From: Eutreptiella sp. 'Long Island Sound 2002'
Taxonomy: Eukaryota > Protista > Euglenida
Direction of reading: 5' to 3'
DNA length: 64,000 bases
NCBI GenBank assembly: GCA_964036045.1
Contig: OZ038379.1
Location: 49,600,001 to 49,664,000, forward strand
Shown here: positions 38,261-49,975 of the stretch, one piece after another
Position numbering within the stretch: the stretch's first letter is position 1
How the letters are laid out: the number at the start of each line of letters is the position of its first letter
Notes under the pieces: model-generated
Database searches by the model: none
Told to the model about the DNA's origin: nothing
Seen by the model: the letters and a program-made list of their open reading frames with translations, nothing else
Position numbers and translations under genes: made by a program

Positions 38261-39109
38261 GACACAATTGGCAGAGGCGGTTCATAGAAAACATACGGGT
38301 GATAGTCGACAAGCTCCAGCGCACGCCCACGGCAAGCGCCGATTTCGTGGGCATTGCGTCCCGCAAGGGATAAGACCCCCCCCCCCCTCCCGCCGCCCCC
38401 TAGTGCCACGGTGTAGCGCTGCTGTGGGCCTTGAGGCCAATGCCAACACGGGCGGAGCGCAGAAACCGGGACTAGTACTAGCAGCTTGCCATAGTGCCTG
38501 CGCGTTAGTTAGCACAGGGGCGGCGAGATACGGCGGCCGGGCGGCGTGTGGAACAGCCCACACGCACCATGCGTGGTGTAGGAACGGCTGAGCCTACAAC
38601 GCCGCGCATGCCGGAGGGCGAGGGACATCATGACGAGGCCACAGGCCCTCAGACGACTGCCAACACGGGCCATGTCCGTACTACCAAAACTGCGACGCCG
38701 GCGGGCGCTACAATAGACAGAGCCTGCATGGTTAGACATGTAAGCCGGGTGACGCACAACCACAGCCACAGCGCTTGGCGTGCACATGTATGTGCACCTG
38801 CCGCGTCGGCCAAGCGAAGGCATGCAGAGCTAAGAGCCCTTAGGCCAATGTCAACATGGGCGGAGCCCCATTCCGGAACCACTGGACGTATACTGTCAAA
38901 AGGCGCCCGTATACAGAGCCACGGGCCCTAAGGACAATGCCAACATGGGGAAAGAGCCCCCGCTATACACTATGGCCTGGCAGTGGCACTGCCCACACGC
39001 CGGGCGAGACTAGCTCGTAGAAGGGGAGCAGGGGGGGGCACACATGCCCACATCTCGCCTCCCCCCACCCCACCGGCCCATCACCACCCGAGTCACGCGC
39101 ATGATACAC

Positions 39110-40570
39110 GTGCAATTGGGGCAACAGGGCTCAAGCATGTGGTGGCATTGTGGTTGCAGCGGCGAGCACAAGCCTACCCGGGATGCCAGTGCATTGAGTC
39201 GGCAGCCCGATTTGTGCATGTGAATAGGGAGTGAGGGTAGTGAAGCTGGCAGGGGATGGCAGAGAGAGGCCATGCAGGATGAGGCAGCAGAAGGGGGGGG
39301 GGGGTGCGGACACAATACACCCTAAACGCAGGTTTAAATCTTAAAACACAATTCGGGCCTACCGCGCCTCCTCCCTCGGCAGTGCTTTAGTTATACAGCA
39401 GAGACCCACCCACGCAACCCATATCAGGCCGGTCCACAATCGAACCTCCAGGTTATAGAGGTCGGGGATACGTGCAGATGTCTATTTGGAGCCATGATGG
39501 ACTGTAGCAATGGACTTTGAGCGCAGCGTGGTGGCAGCGGCGAGCACTGGCCTACCCGAGAATGCCAGTGCAGTGAGGCAACAACCCAATTTGTGCATGC
39601 GAATAGGGAGGGAGGGTAGTGAAGGTGGCACGGGATGGCAGAGAGAGGCCATGCAGGGCGAGTGTGGGCCCATGCGCCGTGGTTGAGGAGCCCTTTAGTT
39701 AGTTGGGCCCAACTTCCACCGGAGCACGGGTAGGCATCGCCGCGGACGAGGAAAATGAGCAGCCTGTTCCAATCGATGGTGTCCACCAGGGGTGGGCGTG
39801 ATTGGATGTAGCGCGCCCACAATGGTAGCGGTCAAGAGCGGCCACTTGTAGGGGGCTCTGGCACAGACACGGGTGGATCTAGCGCACGGGGGCTTCACCA
39901 ACTCCTTCCATGTGTCCGTGAAGCGGTCACCTGAAGGGATGGGTTGGGGGAATCGGAGACCGTTGCGGCGGGATAAGCGGCCCCCAGTCGGGTCATGAAC
40001 TCCGACACATGCCGGAAGCCGGACTTGGGGACATTGAAGTCCCTAAGCAACCGAATCAACTTTGGTGCCGGGAAGAGGACGGAGGCATATTGCTTCGTGG
40101 CCTCTTTGTTTCTTGCGGATGAGCAGGAGTTGGGCAACCTCAGTGGCCGGGTACCAACGGGCCTTAGCCAAAGGGGATGAGGCCACGCACTTACCAAAGA
40201 GTTGTGAGACCAATGGGTCACGCAAACTCTTGGCCCCACTCAAACGCGTGAGTGTCTTACTTGGTTCGAAAATGGTGCCCAACAAGAGCTCACCCACGCA
40301 ACCCATATAAGGCCGGTCCACAATCGAACCTCCAGGTTATAGAGGTCGGGGAATGATACATGCAAATGTCTATTTGGAGCCATGATAGACTGTAGCAATG
40401 GACTGTGAGCTCAGCGTGGTGGCAGCGGCGAGCACTGGCCTACCCGAGAACACCAGTGCAGTTAGGCGACAACCCGATTTGTGCATGCGAATAGGAAGGG
40501 AGTGGAGCTGGCAGGGGATGGCACAGACGGCGATGCAATATGAGGCAGTAGAAGGGGGTGGGGGGGGGGG
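39110..40570 (-). repeat. ~385-bp repeat family, copies at 39110-39660 and 40290-40570 (a third array at 43400-43900 is on the + strand)
   Basis: Shared tgtataactaaagcactgccgagggagg, gatgtctatttggagccatgat and ggtccacaatcgaacctccaggttatagagg. Confidence 0.9.
39661..40290 (-). pseudogene. N-terminal half of a RAG1/Transib-like transposase (first catalytic Asp)
   Basis: KLIRLLRDFNVPKSGFRHVSEF, then LLIFLVRGDAYPCSGGSWAQLTKGLLNHGAWAHT, which continues as TPAYLWVIG at 43900. Confidence 0.55.
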
Positions 40571-40899
40571 GGGGGCAAGGCTCCAAAGGAAAAACACACT
40601 CCCCAACACCGCCACGACCTACCCGTGCCGAGGCCTGCTCGCAAAGCTGGTACACCACGCAGTCGGAACTCCACTGGGCCCTGAGGCCCCTGTAGTTGAA
40701 TCAATGTCGTGCTAGGGTAACGTTTACCAAGGCGGCCAGCATTGGTAATAGGGGAGCCAATGGCAAAGGGAGGTGGGTGAAACCAACCAACTCGCGCTCA
40801 TCCAGTACATAAACCAATTGCTCATCCCCCGCAGCCGGAGGCAGAGCGAGCATGCAATCAGCAGCCGGAACCAAAAAAACTGAGGGTTCCTAGGGGGGG

Positions 40900-43103
40900 G
40901 GGGAAGTCCATGTCCGAGTCTGCGATTAGCTTGACGGGGGGACGGTGTGTGGGTGCTTGGGGTAGGGTACGGTCCCTGCTTGACCATTTCCCGTTGACGG
41001 CAGGGTTCTGTGACTGTGTGGGGAAGGCCTGGAAGGGTAGGTAGAAGGGTGTGGGTGCCGTAGAGTGACCAGGCATTTAGCCGTACGCCCTCCCGTAATG
41101 CAAAGGGGGCGTGACAGCGGCTTGCATGGGATTCCGCACACAAGGATTGTTGTAATACGAATTCAGTTGCCGGAACCATTTACGGGGGGGCGGGGGCTCA
41201 AGCGAGGGTGGCGATGCACGGCATGCCGTCGGTGCCGGCGCTCTCAAGACGGAGACTGGGACCGCCGTCGTTGTTCACAACGCTGATGCTTGCTATGCCC
41301 TTGCTCACGAGACTCAATGCAACTCTCCGTAGTGTCCGGCTTGCAGACCGGAGGTGCGGGCGTGGCGGAGCCCCCACTGCGTGTAGGGGCAGCGACTGGC
41401 GCGACAGGGGCTGAGGTCCAGCCGCCACACCCAGCCTTCCCTCTGCTGGTGTACGGTGTCGAGGGCTAGCGGTAGGATTTCTACCGCTGCACTCTGCACC
41501 CGCTACGAGTCATGGAGCCGTCTTGTTCAACCAACATCTTTGCTTCCTCCCGAATACCAAGGTTAACGAAAGACATGTTTGCATGTACATGCTCTTCAAA
41601 GGCTGTGTATAGGTGATCATGAAATTGAGAGCGTAGGAAACCGGCTAGAACCCCACCACATATAGGCTGAGCTAGGGGATCTAGCGGTGTTAACCACTGG
41701 ATATTGCAGCCCAAAGGGAATTGTGCCGGGTTCGAATGTGCCCAACGACCTCCGGGACCCCATCGCGTGATTCGACTTATGTGCCTGCACTGCGGGATTC
41801 TGCCCGGGTATACGCACTGACACTTCCACTTGAGGGTGTGCCTTGACAAATTCTACAGCAACTTGGGCGACCTGGGGTGTCAGCTGCAGGAACGATGTGA
41901 GGAACAGTGAGAGCGAAGGAAACCACGCTGCGTGCCGCGCACCAACACGTGGATTGTGGGGGGGCAACGTTTGTGAAGGGTCTTAAGCAAGACTTCCGGG
42001 ACTGGCACAGCTTGCGGAGGCGCCTTGCGAGGCAGACTCAGAAGGATCTTTGATGCCGGGTGTACAGGAGTGTCCACCGCCCGAGGATGAGCATCCACAA
42101 TGTGTTTGCGGTCCAAAGGCGAACGAACGTGGAGACTTGGATCACAAATCATCCATCCTTGCCTGTAGGCGGGACACTGCAGCGTCGTGCGCACGCTTTT
42201 GATGGTCTACAATTTTTCTTGCGGACCTCAGCGCCTCTTCTGAGGATTGCACCTTTTCGCATACATGGCGGTGCTCCTTCATCAAACGTTGCAAGTGTAC
42301 GCTGGTACCCAGAGCAGTATACTTGGGGTTGCTTGCTCAAACTAAGACAATAGATCTATTTGTCCGGGGTAGCCCTCAAATAGGTTCTCCAGTACCTCTC
42401 TGGTGGACCGTGGAGAGACCCACCGGCTGTGGTGCCCGCTCCATGTGTGGGATAAAACCGCCCATGTGCATGTTTGGGCGGAGGTGGTGTGGTGGCGCAT
42501 CTTGAGCTCGCTGATCAATCAAAACCGCCAAAGAGAGTTTGGGGACACAAGGAGTACCGATGAGCCCTTGCGGGGTGCATAGGGCCATGGGATCTTGTAA
42601 CCGAGACGCCACATGTAGCGCTAGGACCGACGCCGGCGCCCACGGCGGGAAATGAATTCCAAAGTTTGGCCGACGAGATGTTCCTAGCGGATTGACGCAG
42701 TAGAAGCCTCAAGAACTTGCGGCGCCTGCTCTGCGAGTACGCACTGCGCTTTGACATAGGAAGGAGAGCCCGCTAGAAACTTTTGTTGAGGGGTGGCCAT
42801 TGGATCCACACCCCACCACAAAACTCGCACGTAAAGCTGGTGCAAGATGTTGGGGGCGACGTGTGGAACATTGAGGGGACGAGTAGGCATGTTGAGAATG
42901 GTGGGCCACTAACTGCGGGCGCATCTTTCTTGTGCCACTTAGCCCACCGGGCGCACAATTGCGGTGGAAGTCGCTGGGAGAAAGGGTCAAGAACCAGGTG
43001 GGAGTACTGCGTGCCCCGAAAACCCGGTTTGTGATCTGGTCCTTAAAGCCCCAATAATTGCCGGAGTTGGGCTCGGAAAGCGTTGCCATATAGCCACCGA
43101 AAG
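40900..43103 (-). pseudogene. Decayed Helitron-like Rep/PIF1 helicase, 3' part
   Basis: SGNYW...STPTWFLTLSPSD (Helitron_like_N GxPxxFxTxS-type motif), SNPAQFPLGCNIQ (YNP...NxxxQ-like), LCITGG (helicase motif I-like); many frameshifts. Confidence 0.55.
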
Positions 43104-43399
43104 TACCCTAGAGACCTACTTTAAAACGAATATGGCTAATTTTAATTTTTCAGGAATCAAAGGGGGTGAAAATTGACTTGTCAAATATTAATATGTTAAC
43201 CCAACTTTGGCTCGTTTGCACTGCTTTGCTTGTGCGCATACTATGCTCATTAACGGTTTTCGGTTGGTCCAAGGGTGCACAATGGGCTGTTAGAGGCGTT
43301 CAATACTCTTTGAGGTGGTTACATAGCCCCACATTTTTCTCCCCGGTCCCGCTACTCACACCACTCCCAACTACCCTTTTCTACTGTGTAGGGTCTCTG

Positions 43400-43899
43400 C
43401 TGTATAACTAAAGCACTGCCGAGGGAGGAGGCGCGGTTGGCCCAAATTGTGTTTTAAGATTTAAACGTGCGTTTAGGGTGTATTGTGTCTGCACCCCCCC
43501 CCCCCCTTCTGCTGCCTCACCCTGCATGGCCTCTCTCTGCCATCCCGTGCCAGCTTCACTACCCTCCCTCCCTATTCGCATGCACAAATTGCATTGTTGC
43601 CTCACTAAACTGGCATTCTCGGGTAGGCCAGTGCTCGCCGCTGCCACCACGCTGCACTCACGGTCCATTGCTACAGTCCATCATGGCTCCAAATAGACAT
43701 CTGCATGTATCATTCCCCGACCTCTATAACCTGGAGGTTCGATTGTGGACCGGCCTGATATGGGTTGCGTGGGTGGGTCTCTGCTGTATAACTAAAGCAC
43801 TGCCGAGGGAGGAGGCGCGGTTGGCCCGAATTGTGTTTTAAGATTTAAGCCCGCGTTTAGGGTGTATTGTGTCCGCACCCCCCCCCCCCTTCTGCTGCC
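43400..43899 (+). repeat. ~385-bp repeat family, 1.3 tandem copies
   Basis: tgtataactaaagcactgccgagggaggaggcgcgg at 43402 and 43786. Confidence 0.9.
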
Positions 43900-45091
43900 A
43901 CACCCGCCTACCTATGGGTGATTGGGATGGCCGTATGCGGGAGTAAGGACATGGCCGCGCTAGCGACAATATGGCCCAAAACCTGTAGGTATACACTCGT
44001 TTCATTTCGCTTTCGTTTTTGCGTTACTTTCTCGAGATAAACATTTTATATTTCGTAGATATTAACGTCGACTGAAAAGTTAATCTAATATTAACCTCGA
44101 AAAATTAATACAAAAATTAGGTGTATTTTTTTTTAAGGTTTTGCAATCCGTACATGACTTCAAGAGGTTCTATTGGGGGAGGAAGTGGGTGGAGAGTGAG
44201 TTGGTCATCGGGGGTTACCAACCCTTTGGGAGACGCCTCACTGGTGTCTCAATATTGACCATCATGGGCTCTATTTACAATATGAGTGTGTGGGACAAGG
44301 TTGCGGCAGCATGGGTAAAGGCGGGGGTCGGCCGCACATTGGAGGGGGAGGCGGTGGCCCGTCTCCGCTATCAGGAGACGGGCCTCAACTTGGAGAATGG
44401 GGTGTGTGTAGGTGACCCGCACATCGTGGTGGAGCGGTGCTTGGTCTTCCTATGCATCCTCCATTGTTGCATGGCCATGGGCCGCCTCCAAGTGGCCTTC
44501 ATTGAGGCCCGCCTAGGGGACCTTCCCAAGGACAACGCCACGGCGTGCAACGCGTACCATACCTGGCACGCACGGGTGTCCGACCGGGTTCCTCGGTTGC
44601 ACCTAACAGAGAGGAGGCACGGGCATGGTTCCTCGCATGGGAGGAAATCGGGCCACTATTGGCCTATGCCCCAGAGGATGGAGAGCGGCAAGCCGTGGTT
44701 GCCATGCGGGACCTCCCTCTGGGACTTGTACTCGGATACACCACCTCGCACCGACCTATGGGCCGCCGAGGTCGCGCGGGCCTACCGCTTGCATTGCGGC
44801 AAGGCCGCCTGTCAATCGAACTACCACTTCTGCTTGGAGGAGGACATGACGTTGGCGGTGGCTATTGCGGCGGCGCTTGGGGTTGGTTTGGGCGCGGTGT
44901 GCGCCAATGTCGTTGAGAGCCTCAACTCCAGTCTCAAGCGGGCCTACAACGACCACACGGCCCGCCAGGGGGGAACGCCGGCGGCAACGGCATTACAACG
45001 GAAGTGGGAGGTGGTCTTGCAAGCTTCGGAGTGGTGGTTTTTAAAATTTGACCTTCCATTGAGACACCATGGGGCGCCTTATACCGCCTAG
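43900..45091 (+). pseudogene. C-terminal half of a RAG1/Transib-like transposase with a GT-AG intron (43989-44137)
   Basis: Exon TPAYLWVIGMAVCGSKDMAALATIW; then VLQSV...VIGGYQPFGRRLTG (D2 position mutated), CILHCCMAMG, LGAVCANVVESLNSSLKRAYNDHTARQ (cf. RAG1 ESGNKLFRRFRKMNARQ). Confidence 0.72.
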
Positions 45092-45159
45092 CGTACCATG
45101 GCCAAAGTCATGGCCACCCAAAGCCCCCCGCCCTCCACCTTCTCTTTGCCACCCCCAGC

Positions 45160-46103
45160 TCTTGTTTCGCCACCACATGGACCAAGAAATGTTGAAGTCC
45201 CTCTTTGGGGACCTTCTAAAAGCCCAAGAAGACCGCCTGGTATGCTTGCTTTGCTTGTGTTTATGTTTCCATGGGAGTTGATTTCTCGGGAGTCTCATTT
45301 CGTCTTTGTAGGTTCATATTAGCAACGGCGATGTTTAATATTTGATGTATGGATTGATTTATGTTGTTTAAATATTAACCTCGCAATTATTAATGGTGGG
45401 TGTCAAAAGTTAAACTTTTTTTTGCTTTCTTTTTGTAGATGGGCCACCTGGAGGCACGCTTGGTAGTAGCAGCAACAGTACCAGCTGCAACAGACCAGCA
45501 ACACTGGCAGCACTAGCAGCGGCAGCAACCACACGACCTCTCCCGCCTCCGTGTCCCCCAAAACCAGCCCCCCCCGAATGGCTCCTAAAAGCCTTGGGCC
45601 CCAGGTCGTCGGCCGCCCGCAGGGCAGAGGTGATCCCCTGGTCGGCATAGGCCCTTCAGGAGGGCTGTGCAGGGCATCAACCCCTGTTCGTGGGCGGCAC
45701 GCACGCCCACATGACCTTGGAGTTGGTGTTCCGCCGCCTGGTGTGCTGCCAGATTTGCCGGCACGGCGAAGGCAAGGGCACCTCGCGCCGATGCACTGAG
45801 CTATGGGCAAGTGACCCGGCGCCCACTACCCGGTGAGCACATGAGCCCCGTGCCTGAGGCTGGTCCTCTAAGCTCACTCATCCTGTGCGGTGATCCTCGT
45901 GGCGTGCAGTTTGGAACCGCGGATTTTCTTGTCGCCCTGCAACATTGCGTCTCGTTGGGATGGTGCAGTCAGTGGCGACAAGGAAAGAGGGTCGACTTCA
46001 TGTTCCAGTGGAGGGTGTGGAGGCCCCTAGCGGCCTCCACACTATTTCGGACAACGATGGGCGGTGTCTAGGCTGAAGGGCGCCTCGATCCACTGGTTTT
46101 GAG
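45160..46103 (+). pseudogene. Second spliced gene fragment downstream of the transposase, unknown product
   Basis: EMLKSLFGDLLKAQEDRL|gtatgc...ttttgtag|MGHLEARLVVAA; another gtatgc donor at about 46104; stops in exon 2. Confidence 0.35.
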
Positions 46104-46419
46104 GTATGCTTGTTTGCTTGCTAGTTAATCCTTCGTCAATCCTGGTTGATTTCTGTAGGTTAATATTTAATTTTTCGATCGGCGGCAGAAAAATTAAGAT
46201 TAACAGTTAATATTCAGTTCGAAAAGTTACGAAAGACGTCGCAAAAATTCATCATTTTTGCCCTTATTATTTCAATAGGTAGTGGATGTCGTGGTCCACG
46301 CTGGGGATGCGCGGCCCGTGCGCATTGCCTAGCGTGACCACGGCTAGGCGCAAGAGCTGCCATTGGGCAGCCTGCACCGCTTGCTTGCCACCGACGCCGC
46401 CAAGGGGTCTGCCATCTTG

Positions 46420-46790
46420 AGGGGTTTGAGGTATTGGGAGCATGGGGGGGTCTGCTCGGAGGTCTGGGTGGCCTCTAAGCAGTACTTGGCTGGGGAGTGG
46501 GCCAACATGGGACTGGTGGGGTACACAAGGGCGGAGGATGAGGGGGTGTGGGCAAGGATGGTGGGCGGTGATTGGGAAGGGGAAGAAGAGGTGCAGGAAG
46601 TGAAGGAAGATAACCCTCCCCCCCCAAGGTTAAAGCACCACCCCCTAAACCCCGAGCCACCAAAACTGGTGGCAAGAAAATTCCGAGAATGCATTTTGAG
46701 TCGGATGACTCATCAGACGGGACCCTCCCCCCCTCCAAAAAGGAAGCTGCCCCCCCCCCCCAAGACAACCCCCCCCCCAAATCTGGAATC
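46420..46790 (+). repeat. ~370-bp direct repeat, second copy at 57228-57600
   Basis: Near-identical ...tctgctcggaggtctgggtggcctctaagcagtacttggctggggagtgg...aaaattccgagaatgcattttgagtcggatgactcatcagacggg. Confidence 0.92.
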
Positions 46791-47466
46791 TGGAATCTGG
46801 CTTACCCGTCCGAGGCTCTGGCACACCCAGAGGGGAGCTCGAAAATTTGGGCCGCCTAACCGCCAAGGGGCGGCGTACTCGGTCCCGCTAGGGTCGAAGC
46901 GGGCAGAAGGCGGAGGTACCCTGTGCCAAGGGGACCTCCGCCGGCCGTGTTTTTGCTGGGGGGGGGGTTCCTGCGAGAGGGGGCGAGGGGGAGTCCATGC
47001 TGGTGAGGAGTGGTGGGGGGGCAGGTGGGGTCGGGTAGTGGAGGCCAACCTGGGGGTGGAGGCTAGCGGGTGGGCAGCTGGGGCGGGGGGGCAAGGCAAG
47101 GCACACCGGGGTCCGCGCAGTGCCATTGCTGCACGCCTTGCCCCAACATGTTTCCCCAAAGTAAAAGGTGTTTGCCTACTCTTGCTCTCCGGTGGCGGGT
47201 CAGTTTCCTATGTTCCGTTTTGTGGCTGCTTGGGCGCCAAGGGGGCGTTTGGCCTTGTCGTGCCGCGAAAGTTCATGCGCTCTCGAGGTGCTGTATGCAG
47301 TGCTTAGCAGGACTGTGCGCAGGAGGCAGGTACAAGGCAGTAGTGGGATGCTTTATTCTTCCGGCCAATCCGTGATGTCCAGGGGCGCGCCACTGGCGCG
47401 ACCCACTGATAGCCGTCTGGGTAGCGGGTGACGAATCAGGGGAGGGCTATAGTGGCCTTGGATCAA

Positions 47467-48025
47467 TGTACCTGCGGCTCATTGGTGGCTAAGTGGAAAT
47501 GTGAAGTTGGGGCTCATTTGGGGCTCAGTTGTGCATTGCGATGTCTTTGTGCTTGTTTGTTGTGCGTTTTGCATGCTAGGTAATGTGCATTTAATGTTTT
47601 TAGAAGTTTTAAATAGATACTCACTTGGTCAAGGTTCAAGGGGGGGGTTCTTTTTTTGGCGACGGCTCAGTTGACGGAGCGCCCGAGTGACCCGTCACTG
47701 AGCTGGCAGTGAGCGCTCAGTGAGCGCGCCAAATGGCTCAGTGAGCGCTCAGTGAGCGCTCAATGAGCCGGCTTAGTGACGGCTCAGTGACGGCTCAGTC
47801 GGGTTGCTCAGTCAACTGAGCCGTCGAAAAAAAGAAACCCCCCCGGTCAAATCCTTTTGGCCTAGGGATTGGTGTCCCTTTGGGGACATTCCAAAACCCC
47901 AACCCGGCCCCGAAAGCCACAATTTTTCACATTAAACCCCTTGAAAAACACCACTTAGCCCCAAATGAGCCGTTGTAGCCCCAAATGAGCCCCAACTTCA
48001 CATTTCGAAGTGAGCTGCAGGTACA
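47467..48025. mobile_element. 559-bp MITE with TGTACC termini, ~55-bp imperfect TIRs and 2-bp TSD (AA)
   Basis: TGTACCTGCGGCTCA...TGAGCTGCAGGTACA. Shared GAAATGTGAAGTTGGGGCTCATTTGGGGCT in both arms. AA on both flanks. Central CTCAGTGAGCGCTCAG arrays. Confidence 0.85.
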
Positions 48026-48029
48026 AAGG

Positions 48030-49975
48030 CAAAGCCCGAGGTGCGGCACAGGACGACAGGGTAGCCATCGTCGGGCGACTAGCTGGCCATGCGGGAGGCG
48101 TCTCGGGGGTCGGCGCCGAGAGCACACACCACCCAAGCCATGGAGATCCCGGGCGGCACGAGAGGTGGCAGTGGGATGCAGGGAGCGGCGCCTGTGCTGA
48201 GCTGCCAGGAGTGGCACCACCGGAGGAGCCACCCCAAGACGACACTGTCCGAGAGGCTGAGGGTAGTCGACTCGTCGTGTACGTGTACGGGGGAGGGGAC
48301 CGGGGCTTGCGAGGCGACCCGGAGGGAGGGCGCCTCGGAGAGGGCGAGCCGAAGGGGGGGAGACGTGGGCGCCAGCGCCTCATGGCGAGCTGTAGCGACC
48401 TCCGCTTGTTGCGCTGCGAGTAGCAGCGGGCGTTTGGGGTTTGGGTTGGCGACCTTCACTGTGCCGGTAAGGTTGAGGACGAGCTGGTGGGGGGTCGCGC
48501 GCGCCCAGGGGGGACGGGGGATGGCGAGGACGTCCCACGTGAGGCCGACGAGCTGCGTGGGGGTGACGGCGAATGTCCCGAGGTTTATGGGGAACACCAA
48601 GGGGTGGCGGAGCAACTGGCATGCCGCGGACAGGTAGTGCAGGAAGAACACGGGGCAGACACGGAGGAGGTGGACGGAGATGTCGGTGTGGGCGAGGTGG
48701 CAGTAGAGGCAGAGGACCCTGCCGTAGCCAGGGGGATGACGCTGGACTGAGAGCAGGCGGTGCAGCATGATGATGCGCACTGCTTGGGGGGAGGATGGTG
48801 CCTGAGTCCAAGGCTGGGATGAGATGGGCGGAGGACCAAGCCCGGTGTTGTGGGGGGTAGTGCTGAGCGAACTCCTCTTCCCGGTGAAGGAGGGTGACCG
48901 GCTCTGCTAACCAGTGGTGCAGCAAAACAAGGCGTCAGTGATGGGTGGCGAGGCAGCGGCCCGCGAAGCGGTGAACCCATGGGGCTGTAGACTTTCGGGT
49001 AACAACCGCGCCAAGCTCAGCCAAGTATTCGGCTTCAACGTTAAGCCGGGCCAGGAGGGAGACGTCACCCGTATCGTGCTGAGGTGGAAGCCAGGCTTCC
49101 ATGATGCGTGCACGCAAGTGGACGATTGCCGCGCGGAACGGGACCGTTAGGTAGGAGCTGCTGGGTGGGGGCCTGGTAAGGTCAGCCATCAGAGCGACCG
49201 TGGAATCAATGGCCAGCAAAACGTCGCCCGCCCAGTCACCAAGGGCAAAGAGCACGGCGATCTTGGCGAGCCACTCTGCATCCGTGGAGCTGCCGGAGCA
49301 GGCGTGCATCCCGAACCAGAGACGGTAAAAGATGCCCATCTCGGGGTGCTAGAGGACAACTACTGCGCCGAGGCGATGTCGTGTTTGGCTGCCATCAGTG
49401 GCAACCACCACGTACTGCAGGGACCAGAGAAAAGTGATGTCCACTGAGGTGTAGTACTCGCCGTCGTGGAGGGGGGGGCCGGGACACGTGTGCAGGACGA
49501 TGCCAAGAGGGAGCAGCAGGTCGCGCAAGCGCCAGCCTTGGGGCTGCCAACATGCCCTCGGCGGGAGGGACAGGAGGTAGTGGGTGGCCACCACTGCAAG
49601 GAAGTTGGTGCCCCACAAAGCCCCGAGGTACGAGGAGCTGGAGCTGAGCGCGGAGGTCTAGTCAAGGGCACCGAAACCAACAGCTGCCAGAGGCAGGCGG
49701 AGCGGCGAGCGATGGACCCACGGGGGCGGGCGGAAGGCCGCCAAGTAGACGCTGTCGGTCACGCGCTGGTGTGGGCGGAGGTCTACTAGCGAAAACAGGA
49801 CCCCGCTGGCTGCGTAGTCCAGCATAGCAAGCCTAGACGCATGCAGGGAGCGGAGGAGTAGTGCGGGGCCGGCCGGGCTGCGCTTAGTGGCCTTGTGAAC
49901 TTAGCGCAAGGCTCGAAGGGACTTGGTGGCGGAGCGGAGGAGAGGCAGTTCGGGGAGGAGCGGGATGCCTGCCAA
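48030..49975 (-). mobile_element. LINE 3' part: post-RT region, RNase H and C-terminal zinc knuckle
   Basis: LAGIPLLP; VVATDGS...GAVVVL...SSTDAEWLA...AIDSTVAL...WLPPQH (RNase H D-E-D); CLYCHLAHTDISVHLLRVCP (CCHC). Confidence 0.85.

Larger units (their letters stand above)
34530..38990 (+). mobile_element. Decayed tyrosine-recombinase retrotransposon (DIRS order), domain order YR then RT-RNase H (VIPER/TATE-like)
   Basis: YR at 35141-35520, RT at 36998-37560, RNase H remnants about 38000-38260, short internal repeats 38430-38980. Boundaries approximate. Confidence 0.7.

Noticed and set aside
45160-46103. RAG2-like partner gene
   Set aside because: No kelch or PHD signature visible, and it is in tandem rather than convergent orientation.
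43911-46279. CCTAT...ATAGG short TIR with TA TSD around the transposase
   Set aside because: Only 5-8 bp match, and transposase coding sequence (TPAYLWVIG) runs through the supposed left end.
47467-48025. Tc1/mariner-like reading (TA TSD, element starting CCTGC)
   Set aside because: The 9697 copy lies in satellite lacking TA at the target, and the 2-bp duplications outside TGTA (AA, AT, GG) fit all three copies better.
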